The notes below the pieces were generated by a model. It was given only the letters and a program-made list of their open reading frames with translations. It had not been told where the DNA came from and did not search any database. From Phycisphaerae bacterium (GTDB lineage: Bacteria > Planctomycetota > Phycisphaerae > SM23-33): 64,000 bases of DNA. The DNA is taken from positions 7,838 to 71,837 of the forward strand of contig JBHGBE010000009.1 of NCBI GenBank assembly GCA_041946855.1, given 5' to 3'. Positions within the stretch are counted from its first letter, which is position 1, and every line of letters starts with the position of its first letter. Shown in pieces: positions 49,207 through 59,307 of this stretch. The position numbers and the translations under genes are program-made.

Positions 49207-51678
49207 TTACAGCAAGTCATACTTCCTTCGGAAGAACCACTCCACCGCCAGCAGCGTCAGGAGGATGGCCAGTACTATCGGCAGGTCCCACAATTCCTTC
49301 TCGCGCCTGATTGTCGTCGGGATCTGCTGGCCGCCGAGCTTCTCCCGCAGCTTGGGCAGGTCGCCGATGGTGAAGTAGCCGCACTCGGGTCCTTCCCACT
49401 TCTTGAGCTTCTCGGGGTCTTCCGGCGGCGTGCGGGAGGCCTTGGCCATCGCCACCAGGAGGTCCTCCTGCATGGCCGGCTCCAGCATCTCCAGCGACGC
49501 CGGGGCGAGTGTGAAGTCAACCGTGTTGGAGATGGAAACTCGCTTGCCCTCCGCGTCGATTTCCTCCGCCTGGTCCGCCTGGGCCGCCATCAGCCTGTAA
49601 CGGCCGGGCGCGAGGTCGGCTGGGGCGAAGCCCTGGAACATGCCCGGTATGCCCGCGGCCGGGTCGAGCTTGACGGGTACAGGCTGGCCCGTGGGCTGGC
49701 TCTTGTCGTTCAGAGGCTGGAGGTGGACCGTGTAGGACGGCAAATTGGCCGGGTCGTACGCCTCGTTGAGGACGTTGGCGTTGATGAGGATCCGCTCGCC
49801 GACCTGGTAGTCGGTCCTGTCGGTCTCAAGCTGGATGCGCTTGTTGGCGCCCAGGAGCCGCGAAAGCGTGAGGAACTGTATGGTCTGGCCCCAGAAGCGG
49901 GCGTGGTAGCGGTCGCCGACCTTCAGGCGGATGCGCCACAACTGGTCGGTGCCGACGAACATCGTCTTGCCCGTGCCGTACCGCTGCCAGGCGATGAGCG
50001 GGTAGGCCTCCTTGCGCCGTTCCTTGTCGGACAGTTCCGCCAGCACCGTCGCGCCGGGCTTGGCCCCGGCCAGCGACGGGATGGTGAACATCGGGCGGAT
50101 GACGCTCCAGAGCTGCTGGTTGTACTCCTTTGTAGGTTCCAGCGCCATCATCGCGCTGGCGTAGCCGGCCGTCGTCAACAGGGGATAGACCTGGTCGTCG
50201 ATGTTCTCGGGGGCCTCGGTCTTGATCTTGACCGGCAGCATGTTTGCCAGCGGGGTGTTGGCGTAGCTCATGGGGGCGTGCTTGGCCCCGGCGATCATGA
50301 TGAGCGACGAGCCGCCGTTCTTGACGATCTCCTCCATCCGCGCAAGCTGTGCGGCCGTGAAGTAGCCGGCCGGCACGTCGCCGAGGATTATCAGGTCGAA
50401 GTGGAACGCCTTGGCCTTGTCCTCGGGGAACTCGGCCACGTACTCGTTGTCCGGCTGGGCAAGCTCCTTGTCGCCCTCGGTCATCAGGAACTTCGTGTCC
50501 AGCCGATGGTCGCGGAGCAGCACGCGGCGGAGGTAGCGGAACTCCCACCGCGGCTTGCCCTCGACGTAGAGGACCTTGATCTTGTCGTCGATAACCTTGA
50601 TTGTCTTCGTCAGGCGGTTGTTGTCGGTGTTCACCTCGCCGGGCAGCGGCGCGGCGACCACGTCCAGCCGCAAGCCTTCCGAGACGCGGTCCGGCGTGAA
50701 GGTCATCTCGAAGAACTGCGGCTGGCCCGTCAGCGTGAACGTCTTCCTGGCGATCTCCTTGCCGTCGATCTGGAGCGAAAGCGTCACGGGGTGGTTCTGG
50801 TAGCCGGTCGATTGCACCTGGAAACGCACAGGCACGATGTCCCTCACGAAGACCTTGTCCTGCACCGCCAGGCCCTTGAGCCGCACATCCGGGGGGCTGG
50901 CCAGGCCCAGGCCGACGGCGTAGATAGGGATGCCACGGTCCTTCATCCGCTTGGCGACGTCCAGCGGCTCCGCGCCCTTGTTGGACGCGCCATCAGTCAG
51001 GAGGATAATTCCCGACACCGCCTGCCCGCTGTAGCGCGAGACGGCCTCGTCGATCGCGTCGCCCAGCCGCGTGGACTGGGAGAGCTTCGTCACGCCCAGG
51101 AGCGTCTCCGGCACGGTCTCGCCCTTGCCCTCGGACGGCTCAAGGCGGTCGCCGAAGCCGAAGTACCGCACCTGGTAGTCCTGTCCGAGCTGTCTGAAAA
51201 GGTCGAGCTTGGAATTGCTCAGGATGGCTTTGCCCAGCTCCAGGCGCGAGGCATTGGCGACATCCTGCCGGTCCTTCTCCGAGATGGGCATGTACGGCTG
51301 GCCGAAGCCGACCTTGCCAAGCGCGGCCGCCGCGTCCTCGATGTCCTTGGGCGTCTTGCGGGCGTCGCGGATGCCCATGCTCTCGGAGGTGTCGAAGAGC
51401 ACCAGCAGCGTCCGCCGCAGCTTCACCTGCATGTCGAAGCCCAGCACCGGCTCGAAGAGCAGGCAGATGATGACCGCCAGCAGCACCGCCCGCAGCGTCC
51501 CCAGGAACAGCCGCCTCCGGACGGGCAGCGACTTCTCGCGGCGGTACATGTACAGCGCGTAGACGACGGCCGCCGCTATCAGCACCAGCGCGACCACGCC
51601 GCCCCACGGATTGCGAAGGAACCACTCGAAGAAAGTGATCGGCCCTTCCTGATCCAGTCCTATGAGTCTAGGAATCAT
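49207..51678 (-). CDS. Membrane protein with vWA and GATase1-like domains
   Basis: MIDAS DTSESM, TRLG, LLTDG; KVLYVEGKPRWEFRYL; ELWD plus C-terminal TM. Confidence 0.85.
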   Translation of the reverse strand: MIPRLIGLDQEGPITFFEWFLRNPWGGVVALVLIAAAVVYALYMYRREKSLPVRRRLFLGTLRAVLLAVIICLLFEPVLGFDMQVKLRRTLLVLFDTSESMGIRDARKTPKDIEDAAAALGKVGFGQPYMPISEKDRQDVANASRLELGKAILSNSKLDLFRQLGQDYQVRYFGFGDRLEPSEGKGETVPETLLGVTKLSQSTRLGDAIDEAVSRYSGQAVSGIILLTDGASNKGAEPLDVAKRMKDRGIPIYAVGLGLASPPDVRLKGLAVQDKVFVRDIVPVRFQVQSTGYQNHPVTLSLQIDGKEIARKTFTLTGQPQFFEMTFTPDRVSEGLRLDVVAAPLPGEVNTDNNRLTKTIKVIDDKIKVLYVEGKPRWEFRYLRRVLLRDHRLDTKFLMTEGDKELAQPDNEYVAEFPEDKAKAFHFDLIILGDVPAGYFTAAQLARMEEIVKNGGSSLIMIAGAKHAPMSYANTPLANMLPVKIKTEAPENIDDQVYPLLTTAGYASAMMALEPTKEYNQQLWSVIRPMFTIPSLAGAKPGATVLAELSDKERRKEAYPLIAWQRYGTGKTMFVGTDQLWRIRLKVGDRYHARFWGQTIQFLTLSRLLGANKRIQLETDRTDYQVGERILINANVLNEAYDPANLPSYTVHLQPLNDKSQPTGQPVPVKLDPAAGIPGMFQGFAPADLAPGRYRLMAAQADQAEEIDAEGKRVSISNTVDFTLAPASLEMLEPAMQEDLLVAMAKASRTPPEDPEKLKKWEGPECGYFTIGDLPKLREKLGGQQIPTTIRREKELWDLPIVLAILLTLLAVEWFFRRKYDLL

Positions 51679-51720
51679 GTCCTTTTCCAGACAAGTACAA
51701 CCTTCAGCTACTCAACGGCG

Positions 51721-51830
51721 AAGGCAAAATGCGGAACGCAAAAGGCAAAAGGCAAATCGCCGGAGGGCCTGTATGGCATTCTGCCCTCTGCATTCTGCAT
51801 TCTGCCTTCTGCTTCCTGCATTTTGCCTTT
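51721..51830. repeat. Heptamer-array hairpin (AAGGCAA/GCATTCT type)
   Basis: Five left units AAGGCAA AATGCGG.. and eight right units GCATTCT GCCCTCT.. Confidence 0.8.
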
Positions 51831-51838
51831 CTTTGTCT

Positions 51839-54076
51839 TCACGCCTTCTCCGCGAGCAGTTGTTCCCTGCGTCCTGCGGCGGTCTCGGCCGTCTCGACGC
51901 GTGCGATGCGCTTGGCGAAGTACCTGGCCAGGAACAGCTCAACCACGAGAGCCGCCAGGCCGAGCATCATCAGCCAGCGCCAAAGCTCGCGCCCTACGCG
52001 GCCCTGCGTTATCACCGAGGCGATGTCCGCGCCGTCGGCCATCACGCGCACATCCGTTCCCGCCAGCGGGACCGTCATCGCGGCCGTGTCAACGCAGCGG
52101 ACCTCACCCTCGGCCGGGGCGACGTTGACGGCCGCCACAAGCGGCGGCCCGACGCCCGACTGCACCTCGTAGAACCCGGCCGCATCGACAGGATCGCTCA
52201 GTTCGGCGACCTTGCGCCCGCTGACCTCCGCAACCTTCACCGGCCTGTCGGCGGCCAGCGGGTCGCGGAAGACCACCGTGCTGAGGTTGCTCTGCCGCGG
52301 CAGTGTGACCGAAAGCTTGTCGCCCACCTTCAGCGGGGCGTCGAGCGCGGGCGTCGTCAGGTAGGTCAGCGCGTCGTTGACCAGGATCGGGCCTATCGGC
52401 TCGCGCATGAAGTTGTTCCAGTCCAGGTTGGCCGTCGAGGCGAACATCAGGACCTTGCCCTCGCCAAGCGGCTTCTCCGCCAGCAGTGGCGAGCCGTCGC
52501 GCGTGATCTTCAGGATCGGGTGGCCGTCGGGGTAGAGCTTCAGTTTGTAGTAGTCCTGGAAGAGCGTCTCGCCGAGCAGGCCGGAGGACATCCGCGCGGC
52601 GGCCTTGGACAGTGGATGCGGCGCGGCGACCTCCATCGGCCAACCGAGCGGGTTGGCCGCGTCGGCCTTGACCACTTCCGCCAGCGCCGCGGGCAGCAGC
52701 GGCGCCGTCTTGTCCGGGGCCTCCTGCGCGACCATGTACTTGTTGTAGAACTCGACGTTGACGCTGGGGCCCAGGAAGACGATCAGCCCGCCGCCGTTGC
52801 GGACGAAGTTGCACAGGCCGGGCACGTCGTCCGAGTGGATGTTCTGCACGTCGGCCATGATTATCAGGTCGAAGTCCGTCAGCCGCTGGCCGGCAAGGTC
52901 CAGCCACGAGATCGTCTTCATGATGATGGTCTCGCCGCTGATGCGCGGCACGGACGGATCGCGCCCGGACAGGACCATCTTGGGCGACAGGGCGGTCTGG
53001 AGGAAGCCGCTTGCGCTGCGGAAGAGCTGATTGGAGGGCCGGCCGTCAATAACCAGCACCTTGATGTTGTCTCGGACCGTGACGGCCGCGTAGCGGTCGT
53101 TGTCGGCGGTCAGGGCGTCTATCCCGATGTGGGCCTTCAGCCGGTACGTGCCGGCCTTGTCGAACCGGACGAACAGCGGCACCGTCTGCGATTCGCCGGG
53201 CGGCAGGTTCTCCATCACGCGGCGGTCCACGCGGGCGTCGCCGGCCATCAGGTCGACCGTCACGCCCTTGGCCGGAAGCCTGCCGAAGTTGCGGACCTCC
53301 ACGTCGTAGCGGGCGATGGAGCCTTTGCGGACGGCCCCGCCGCCCACCTCAAACCGCGTGATCCCCAGGTTCTCGGAGTTGTCGCTGCCGGCGGAGACGA
53401 AGTAGACCTTGCCCCGCGACGCGATGTCGCGCAGCGCCTGCCTGGTCACGTCCGACGGGTGGCCCCAGGTGATCTCCTGCGCGTCGGAGATGATGTAGCA
53501 CTCCTTGGCCCCGGCCTTCATGTCGAACATCATCGTCCTGACGCCCTTGAATCGGTCCGTCAGGCAGGCCTCCAGGTTCAGCTCCTCCGGCAGGGGGGCG
53601 AGCTTCTTGAGCACCTCGCTGACCCTCTCCTGGTCGTATGTGATCTGCCAGACGCGGGGGAAGTTGCCCATCAGCACGATCGTCACCGGGTCGCCGGGGT
53701 TGACGGTCTTGAGTATCTCGCGGGCGCGCTGCACGGCCGTGTCGAAGCGGGAGCTGACCGCGGGCTTGTGGCCCATGCTGTAGGAGCCGTCGATGGCGAT
53801 GACGACGCCGGCCTGAGCGTTCTTGCCGAAGACGCCGCTGGTGATCGTCGGGCGGGCGATGGCCAGGGCCAGCAGCAGCACCGCCAGGCACCGCAGCGCA
53901 AGCAGGATGAGGTCCTCGATCTGCACCTGCCGGCTGCGGACGACCAGGGCACGGCGAAGCAGCTCCATCGCGCCCCAGTCAACCTGCCGGTGCCGGTAGC
54001 GGTTGAGCAGATGGATGATGATCGGCACCGCCACGCCCAGTGTGCCAAAGAGCAGCCATGGATTGAGAAACGCCAT
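51839..54076 (-). CDS. BatA-domain/vWA protein
   Basis: MAFLNPWLL..PIIIHLLNR..W.AMELL; DGSYSM; ISDAQ; ELW plus TM. Confidence 0.88.
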   Translation of the reverse strand: MAFLNPWLLFGTLGVAVPIIIHLLNRYRHRQVDWGAMELLRRALVVRSRQVQIEDLILLALRCLAVLLLALAIARPTITSGVFGKNAQAGVVIAIDGSYSMGHKPAVSSRFDTAVQRAREILKTVNPGDPVTIVLMGNFPRVWQITYDQERVSEVLKKLAPLPEELNLEACLTDRFKGVRTMMFDMKAGAKECYIISDAQEITWGHPSDVTRQALRDIASRGKVYFVSAGSDNSENLGITRFEVGGGAVRKGSIARYDVEVRNFGRLPAKGVTVDLMAGDARVDRRVMENLPPGESQTVPLFVRFDKAGTYRLKAHIGIDALTADNDRYAAVTVRDNIKVLVIDGRPSNQLFRSASGFLQTALSPKMVLSGRDPSVPRISGETIIMKTISWLDLAGQRLTDFDLIIMADVQNIHSDDVPGLCNFVRNGGGLIVFLGPSVNVEFYNKYMVAQEAPDKTAPLLPAALAEVVKADAANPLGWPMEVAAPHPLSKAAARMSSGLLGETLFQDYYKLKLYPDGHPILKITRDGSPLLAEKPLGEGKVLMFASTANLDWNNFMREPIGPILVNDALTYLTTPALDAPLKVGDKLSVTLPRQSNLSTVVFRDPLAADRPVKVAEVSGRKVAELSDPVDAAGFYEVQSGVGPPLVAAVNVAPAEGEVRCVDTAAMTVPLAGTDVRVMADGADIASVITQGRVGRELWRWLMMLGLAALVVELFLARYFAKRIARVETAETAAGRREQLLAEKA

Positions 54077-54091
54077 AGTCGCCTGTCAAAC

Positions 54092-54203
54092 AAGGAAATA
54101 TCGAATATCGAACAGGGAATATCGAATATCGAAGTGGAAGACGCGTCCATGGCAACGACCGTTCACTTCGTCATTCGTTATTGTTTGTTCGATATTCGTT
54201 ATT
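54092..54203. repeat. Heptamer-array hairpin (AATATCG type), copy 3, opposite orientation
   Basis: AAGGAAAT..CGAATATCGAACA is on the + strand here but on the - strand in copies 1 and 2. Confidence 0.85.
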
Positions 54204-54268
54204 CTCCTCGAAATACTCTGAATCCGTGCAATCCGTGTTCCACTTCCTCGCCGGCGGCCGGTCCTGTC

Positions 54269-55495
54269 TCACTGCGCCTGGAACACCATCGGATCCGCCA
54301 GCAGCACGCCGCACGGGAACTTCACCTTCGCGGCGAACGTAACGTCGATGAACAGGTCATCCGAGTCGGTCAGCGCGAGGTTCAGCGGCACGACGTCGCC
54401 GCCGGCCGGGACGTCCTGGTCGAAAAGCGTGCTCTGCCCGCTCCGCACCCGCACGTGAACATCGCCTGCCGAACCTTCAATGCTCTGGAGCGTGGCGATG
54501 AACTTCCGGGACGCGCCCTTAGGCAGGCGATACGAGACCGTCGCCTCCGGCCATATCTTCATGCCGCGAAGCGCCGCCAGCATCCCCGTCTGCTTGCCCG
54601 AGCCTTCGAGGAATTCGACCGTCTCGGGCTGCACGGCCTTGACCAGCAGCGGCTTGGCGTCGATCTGCGGCTTGAGGTCCGCAAGCTGCGTGACGGCCGC
54701 GTCGCGCCTCATCGCGGCGCGCACGGCCGTCAATGGAATCGCGACGTCCTTCAGCACGGCGTGGCGGAGGACGAGCTTGTCGGGCAGCGGCGCGAGCTGC
54801 CCGGTCAGCCGACTGCCGTCGAGCAGGACGACCTCGAACGTGCCCGCGAAACTCAACGCAGGGGGCGCGGAGGACGCAGAGGGGGTTTCGATTGGCCCTG
54901 TCACGCTCTGCGAGCTCTGCGTGCTCTGCGCCGAATTCCCAGTTGCTGTCTGCGTAGCCGGGCGCGTGGCCGCTCTCAGTGCCGCCGGGTCATAGACATA
55001 TCGGGCCACGCCGTCGCGCTTGAGCGTCAGCATGCCCAGGGGACTGTCGATGGCAAGCTGCCGGCCGTCGAGCCAAGCCAGTTGTCCGGGGATCGGCTCG
55101 CCCTCCTCGCGGTACAGGACGCCCTTGTCGACCGCGCTCACCGCCACCTTCGGCAGGAACTGAAGCTGCGACAGACTCAGGGCGTCGAGCTCCAGCCGGC
55201 CCACCAGGAACGAGTGGACCGCCACCTTGTTCGACGCCTGGCTGAGTATCTGGCAGGCCAGCACGTCGCCGCCGGCGAACTGGACGAACTGCGTCGGGGC
55301 GAAGACGCTCTTTTTCGACTGGACCGCCAGCAGCACCACGTCCTTCCACTCGATGGTCTTCTGCGCGATGGTGATCTTGCCGCCCGCGAAGGCGATGTCG
55401 CCCGTGCTCCGCTCGCCGGCGGCCTGGACGAAGTCTCCGCGCGCGGAGGCTGTGGCCGTCGCCAGGATCAGCACTATTGTTGATAGTCTTGCCAT
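54269..55495 (-). CDS. Exported protein with a C-terminal NPCBM-like domain
   Basis: Signal peptide; ATVSYRL..FIATL..LLADP. Confidence 0.65.
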   Translation of the reverse strand: MARLSTIVLILATATASARGDFVQAAGERSTGDIAFAGGKITIAQKTIEWKDVVLLAVQSKKSVFAPTQFVQFAGGDVLACQILSQASNKVAVHSFLVGRLELDALSLSQLQFLPKVAVSAVDKGVLYREEGEPIPGQLAWLDGRQLAIDSPLGMLTLKRDGVARYVYDPAALRAATRPATQTATGNSAQSTQSSQSVTGPIETPSASSAPPALSFAGTFEVVLLDGSRLTGQLAPLPDKLVLRHAVLKDVAIPLTAVRAAMRRDAAVTQLADLKPQIDAKPLLVKAVQPETVEFLEGSGKQTGMLAALRGMKIWPEATVSYRLPKGASRKFIATLQSIEGSAGDVHVRVRSGQSTLFDQDVPAGGDVVPLNLALTDSDDLFIDVTFAAKVKFPCGVLLADPMVFQAQ

Positions 55496-55505
55496 TATCG
55501 AACAG

Positions 55506-55634
55506 CGTTACTTCGTTGCCTCGTTACTTCGTTAATTCGTTACCTCGTTCCTTCGTTGCCTCGTTGGTCCGTCGCTTCGTGGCGGGACGTTCGGTCACGC
55601 TCACGAAGTAACGAATCAACGAATACGAATTACG
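55506..55634. repeat. Octamer-array hairpin (CGTTNNYT type)
   Basis: CGTTACTT CGTTGCCT CGTTACTT CGTTAATT.. (7.5 units) versus ACGAAGTA ACGAATCA ACGAAT.. Confidence 0.8.
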
Positions 55635-55643
55635 CCGTTGCCT

Positions 55644-56532
55644 CTACGCGTGCTTCGTCACAGTCCTCAGTCTCGAAATCAGGTATCCCGAAAGCACCGC
55701 GTCCACCGGCCTGGAAGTGTTGACCAGGACGTAGTCGACGTGGTTTCGCTCGCACGCCTCGCGAATCTGCCGGGTGAACTTGCGGACCTCCTCCAGGTAC
55801 GCCGCTTGTATACGCTTGGGCTGCGTGACCAGTTCGCCGGTCAGCTCGAGGTCCTTGAACTTCCACGTCCCCGTGAAGGGGAACTCAAGCTCGTACGGGT
55901 CCATCGTGTGGAAGACGGTCACGTTGTGCCCGCGGAAGCGCAGGTGGTCGATGCCCTTGAGGAAGGCGTCCACGTTGTCGAACAGGTCGGAGAACAGCAG
56001 GACGAATCCGCGCCGCGGCAGCCGGCGGGCGAACTCGTGGAGCATCTCGGCCACGTTGGTCCGCGGCAGCGGCTCGACCTTGGCCAGCTCGTCGGCGATG
56101 GTCGCGACGATGCTCTGCGAGCTCTTTGGCTCGATGAACGTCCGCAGCTCGGCGTCGAACACGCCCAGGCCCACCGAGTCGCGCTGGCGGATGATGAGGT
56201 ACGCCAGGCTGGCGGCCATGAACTTGGCGTACTCCAGCTTGGTGACGCTGCCGGAGTGGTAGTGCATCGACGAACTGGCATCCAGCAGCAGCGTGGCGTT
56301 GAAGTTGGTCTCGGCCTCGAAGAGCTTTACGTAGAACCGCTCGGTCCGGCCGTAGACGCGCCAATCGACGTGCCGCAGCGTGTCGCCGGGCACGTACTGC
56401 CTGTGCTGCGTGAACTCCGTCGAGAACCCGCGCAGAGGGCTTTTGTGCATGCCGACGCGGATGCCCTCGACCACCTCCCGGGCCACCAGGTCAAGTGATT
56501 CGAGCTTCTGGAGCGTCGCTGGGTCTAGGTAC

Positions 56533-56558
<26 letters not shown>
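55644..56558 (-). CDS. DUF58 domain protein
   Basis: GMHKSPLRGFSTEF.QHRQY.PGD..HVDW; LLDASSSM; SDLF. Confidence 0.92.
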
Positions 56559-57606
<1,048 letters not shown>

Positions 57607-57807
57607 TTATGGCTCCATTCTCGCTTCGGGATTTCGCGCCTCGGCCGCGTCTGCGGCCGCAATGACGCCTTCCTACTAGAACACTGACGGCCAGGCAAGT
57701 TCCTACAACGAATGACGTAATTCCTCATTCGCTTCCGTTCCGGCGCGTCTTGGTCCTCCTAAACCTACAATTTGTTGAGGCGGGGGGACGGGCCAAAGGA
57801 GCGAGCC

Positions 57808-59004
57808 ATGCCCGGCAAGCAGGTCAGGCTCTTCACCATGTTCGGCTTCACGGTTCGCGTCCACGCTAGCTGGCTGATAATCGCGCTGCTGGTGACCTGG
57901 ACGCTGGCCGACGGTGTCTTCGCGGCCCCGTCGCTGGGCTTCTCTACGCTGGCCCGCTGGCTCATGGGCGCGGCGGGCGCAATCGGTTTGTTCGCCTCGG
58001 TGATCGTACACGAGATGTGCCACTCGCTGGTCGCACGGCGCTACGGCCTGACGATGAAAGGAATAACGCTGTTCGTCTTCGGCGGCGTGGCCGAGCTCGG
58101 CGAGGAGCCGCCCAGCGCCCGCGTCGAGTTCCTGATGGCCGTCGCGGGGCCGGCGGCCAGCGTCGCGCTGGGAGGGCTCTTCCTGGGCCTGCACCTGCTG
58201 ACATCCCTGTCGCCGGCCATTGAGGCCACCACCATCGTGCTCTGGTGGCTGGGGCTGATCAACCTCGTCCTGGCGGCGTTCAACCTCATCCCAGGCTTCC
58301 CGCTGGACGGCGGGCGGGTGCTCCGCTCGGCGCTGTGGGCATGGAAGGGCGACCTCCGCTGGGCCACCAGGATCGCCGCCGAGGTCGGCGCGTTCTTCGG
58401 CCTGGCGCTGATGGGCTGGGGCGTGCTGGAGGCGCTGAACCCGTGGGGGCCGGACATCGTCGCCGGCCTGTGGTACTTCCTGATCGGCCTGTTCATCCGC
58501 TACGCGGCGCGCCAGGGCTACCAGCAGGTGCTCTCCCGCGATGTCCTGCACGGCCAGCCGGTGCGGCAGGTGATGACTCCGGGGCCGGTGGCCGTCAGTC
58601 CGTCGCTGCCGCTGGACCAGTTCGTCCAGCAGTACGTGCTGGGCTATCATCACAAGATGTTCCCGGTGGTGGAGGGCGGCGAACTTCTGGGCGTCATCGA
58701 CGCTCGTGCGGCGATGGCAGTGCCGCGGGAGCAATGGCCGCTGCTGACCGTGGGCCGCCTCGCCCAGCCGTGTACGCCGGCCAACACCATTGGTGCCGAC
58801 GAAGACGCCCTGGCCGCGATGAACCTGATGACCAAGACGGGCAACGGCCGGCTCCTTGTCGCCGAGGGGCCGCGCGACCTGCCCGGCGCGCGGCAACTGG
58901 CGGGGATAGTCACGCTCAAGGACCTGGTGAAGTTCATCGCCCTGAAGATGGAGCTTGACGGCCGGCAACACCCAGCCGGGACTCACCTGCCGCATCCGCG
59001 GTGA
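57808..59004 (+). CDS. Site-2 (M50) protease with a CBS domain pair
   Basis: HEMCH, AGP and FNLIPGFPLDGG; two CBS domains. Confidence 0.92.
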   Translation: MPGKQVRLFTMFGFTVRVHASWLIIALLVTWTLADGVFAAPSLGFSTLARWLMGAAGAIGLFASVIVHEMCHSLVARRYGLTMKGITLFVFGGVAELGEEPPSARVEFLMAVAGPAASVALGGLFLGLHLLTSLSPAIEATTIVLWWLGLINLVLAAFNLIPGFPLDGGRVLRSALWAWKGDLRWATRIAAEVGAFFGLALMGWGVLEALNPWGPDIVAGLWYFLIGLFIRYAARQGYQQVLSRDVLHGQPVRQVMTPGPVAVSPSLPLDQFVQQYVLGYHHKMFPVVEGGELLGVIDARAAMAVPREQWPLLTVGRLAQPCTPANTIGADEDALAAMNLMTKTGNGRLLVAEGPRDLPGARQLAGIVTLKDLVKFIALKMELDGRQHPAGTHLPHPR

Positions 59005-59094
59005 AGGCCCGTTCCGGAACGGCCCTGCCAGGGGCACCGGCGGGAGCCCGTTCCTCCCGGTCACCCTCCAGCCCCAGCGAATCAGCGAATTGCC

Positions 59095-59122
59095 TTGACC
59101 GCCGGCCGCATTGTGGTATGAT
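59095..59122 (+). promoter_or_regulatory. Sigma70-like promoter
   Basis: TTGACC-16-TATGAT with an extended TG. Confidence 0.55.
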
Positions 59123-59307
59123 CCTGTTTGCGTGTAGGTTGCGCAAGTCATGCTAACCAAGCCGGCTGAGGCGCCTGTAAGTCGCACGCTGTCTACGTTC
59201 GCATCTGTGGCAGGACAATCCAGAGCATCGTGGCGTCGCCCGCACGTGCGTAGAGCCATGGGCGGCACCTCTGGTGTCGCGCATTTTTTGCTTCGGAGGA
59301 AGGACGA

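Noticed and set aside
51662-55483. 1273-aa plus-strand ORF and similar long ORFs (24845-27040, 29568-31445, 45733-47922, 49723-52128)
   Set aside because: Antisense shadows of well-supported minus-strand genes in high-GC DNA; no motifs.
55506-55634. Possible CRISPR array among the short repeats
   Set aside because: Units are 7-9 bp in tandem without unique spacers, and no cas genes are present.
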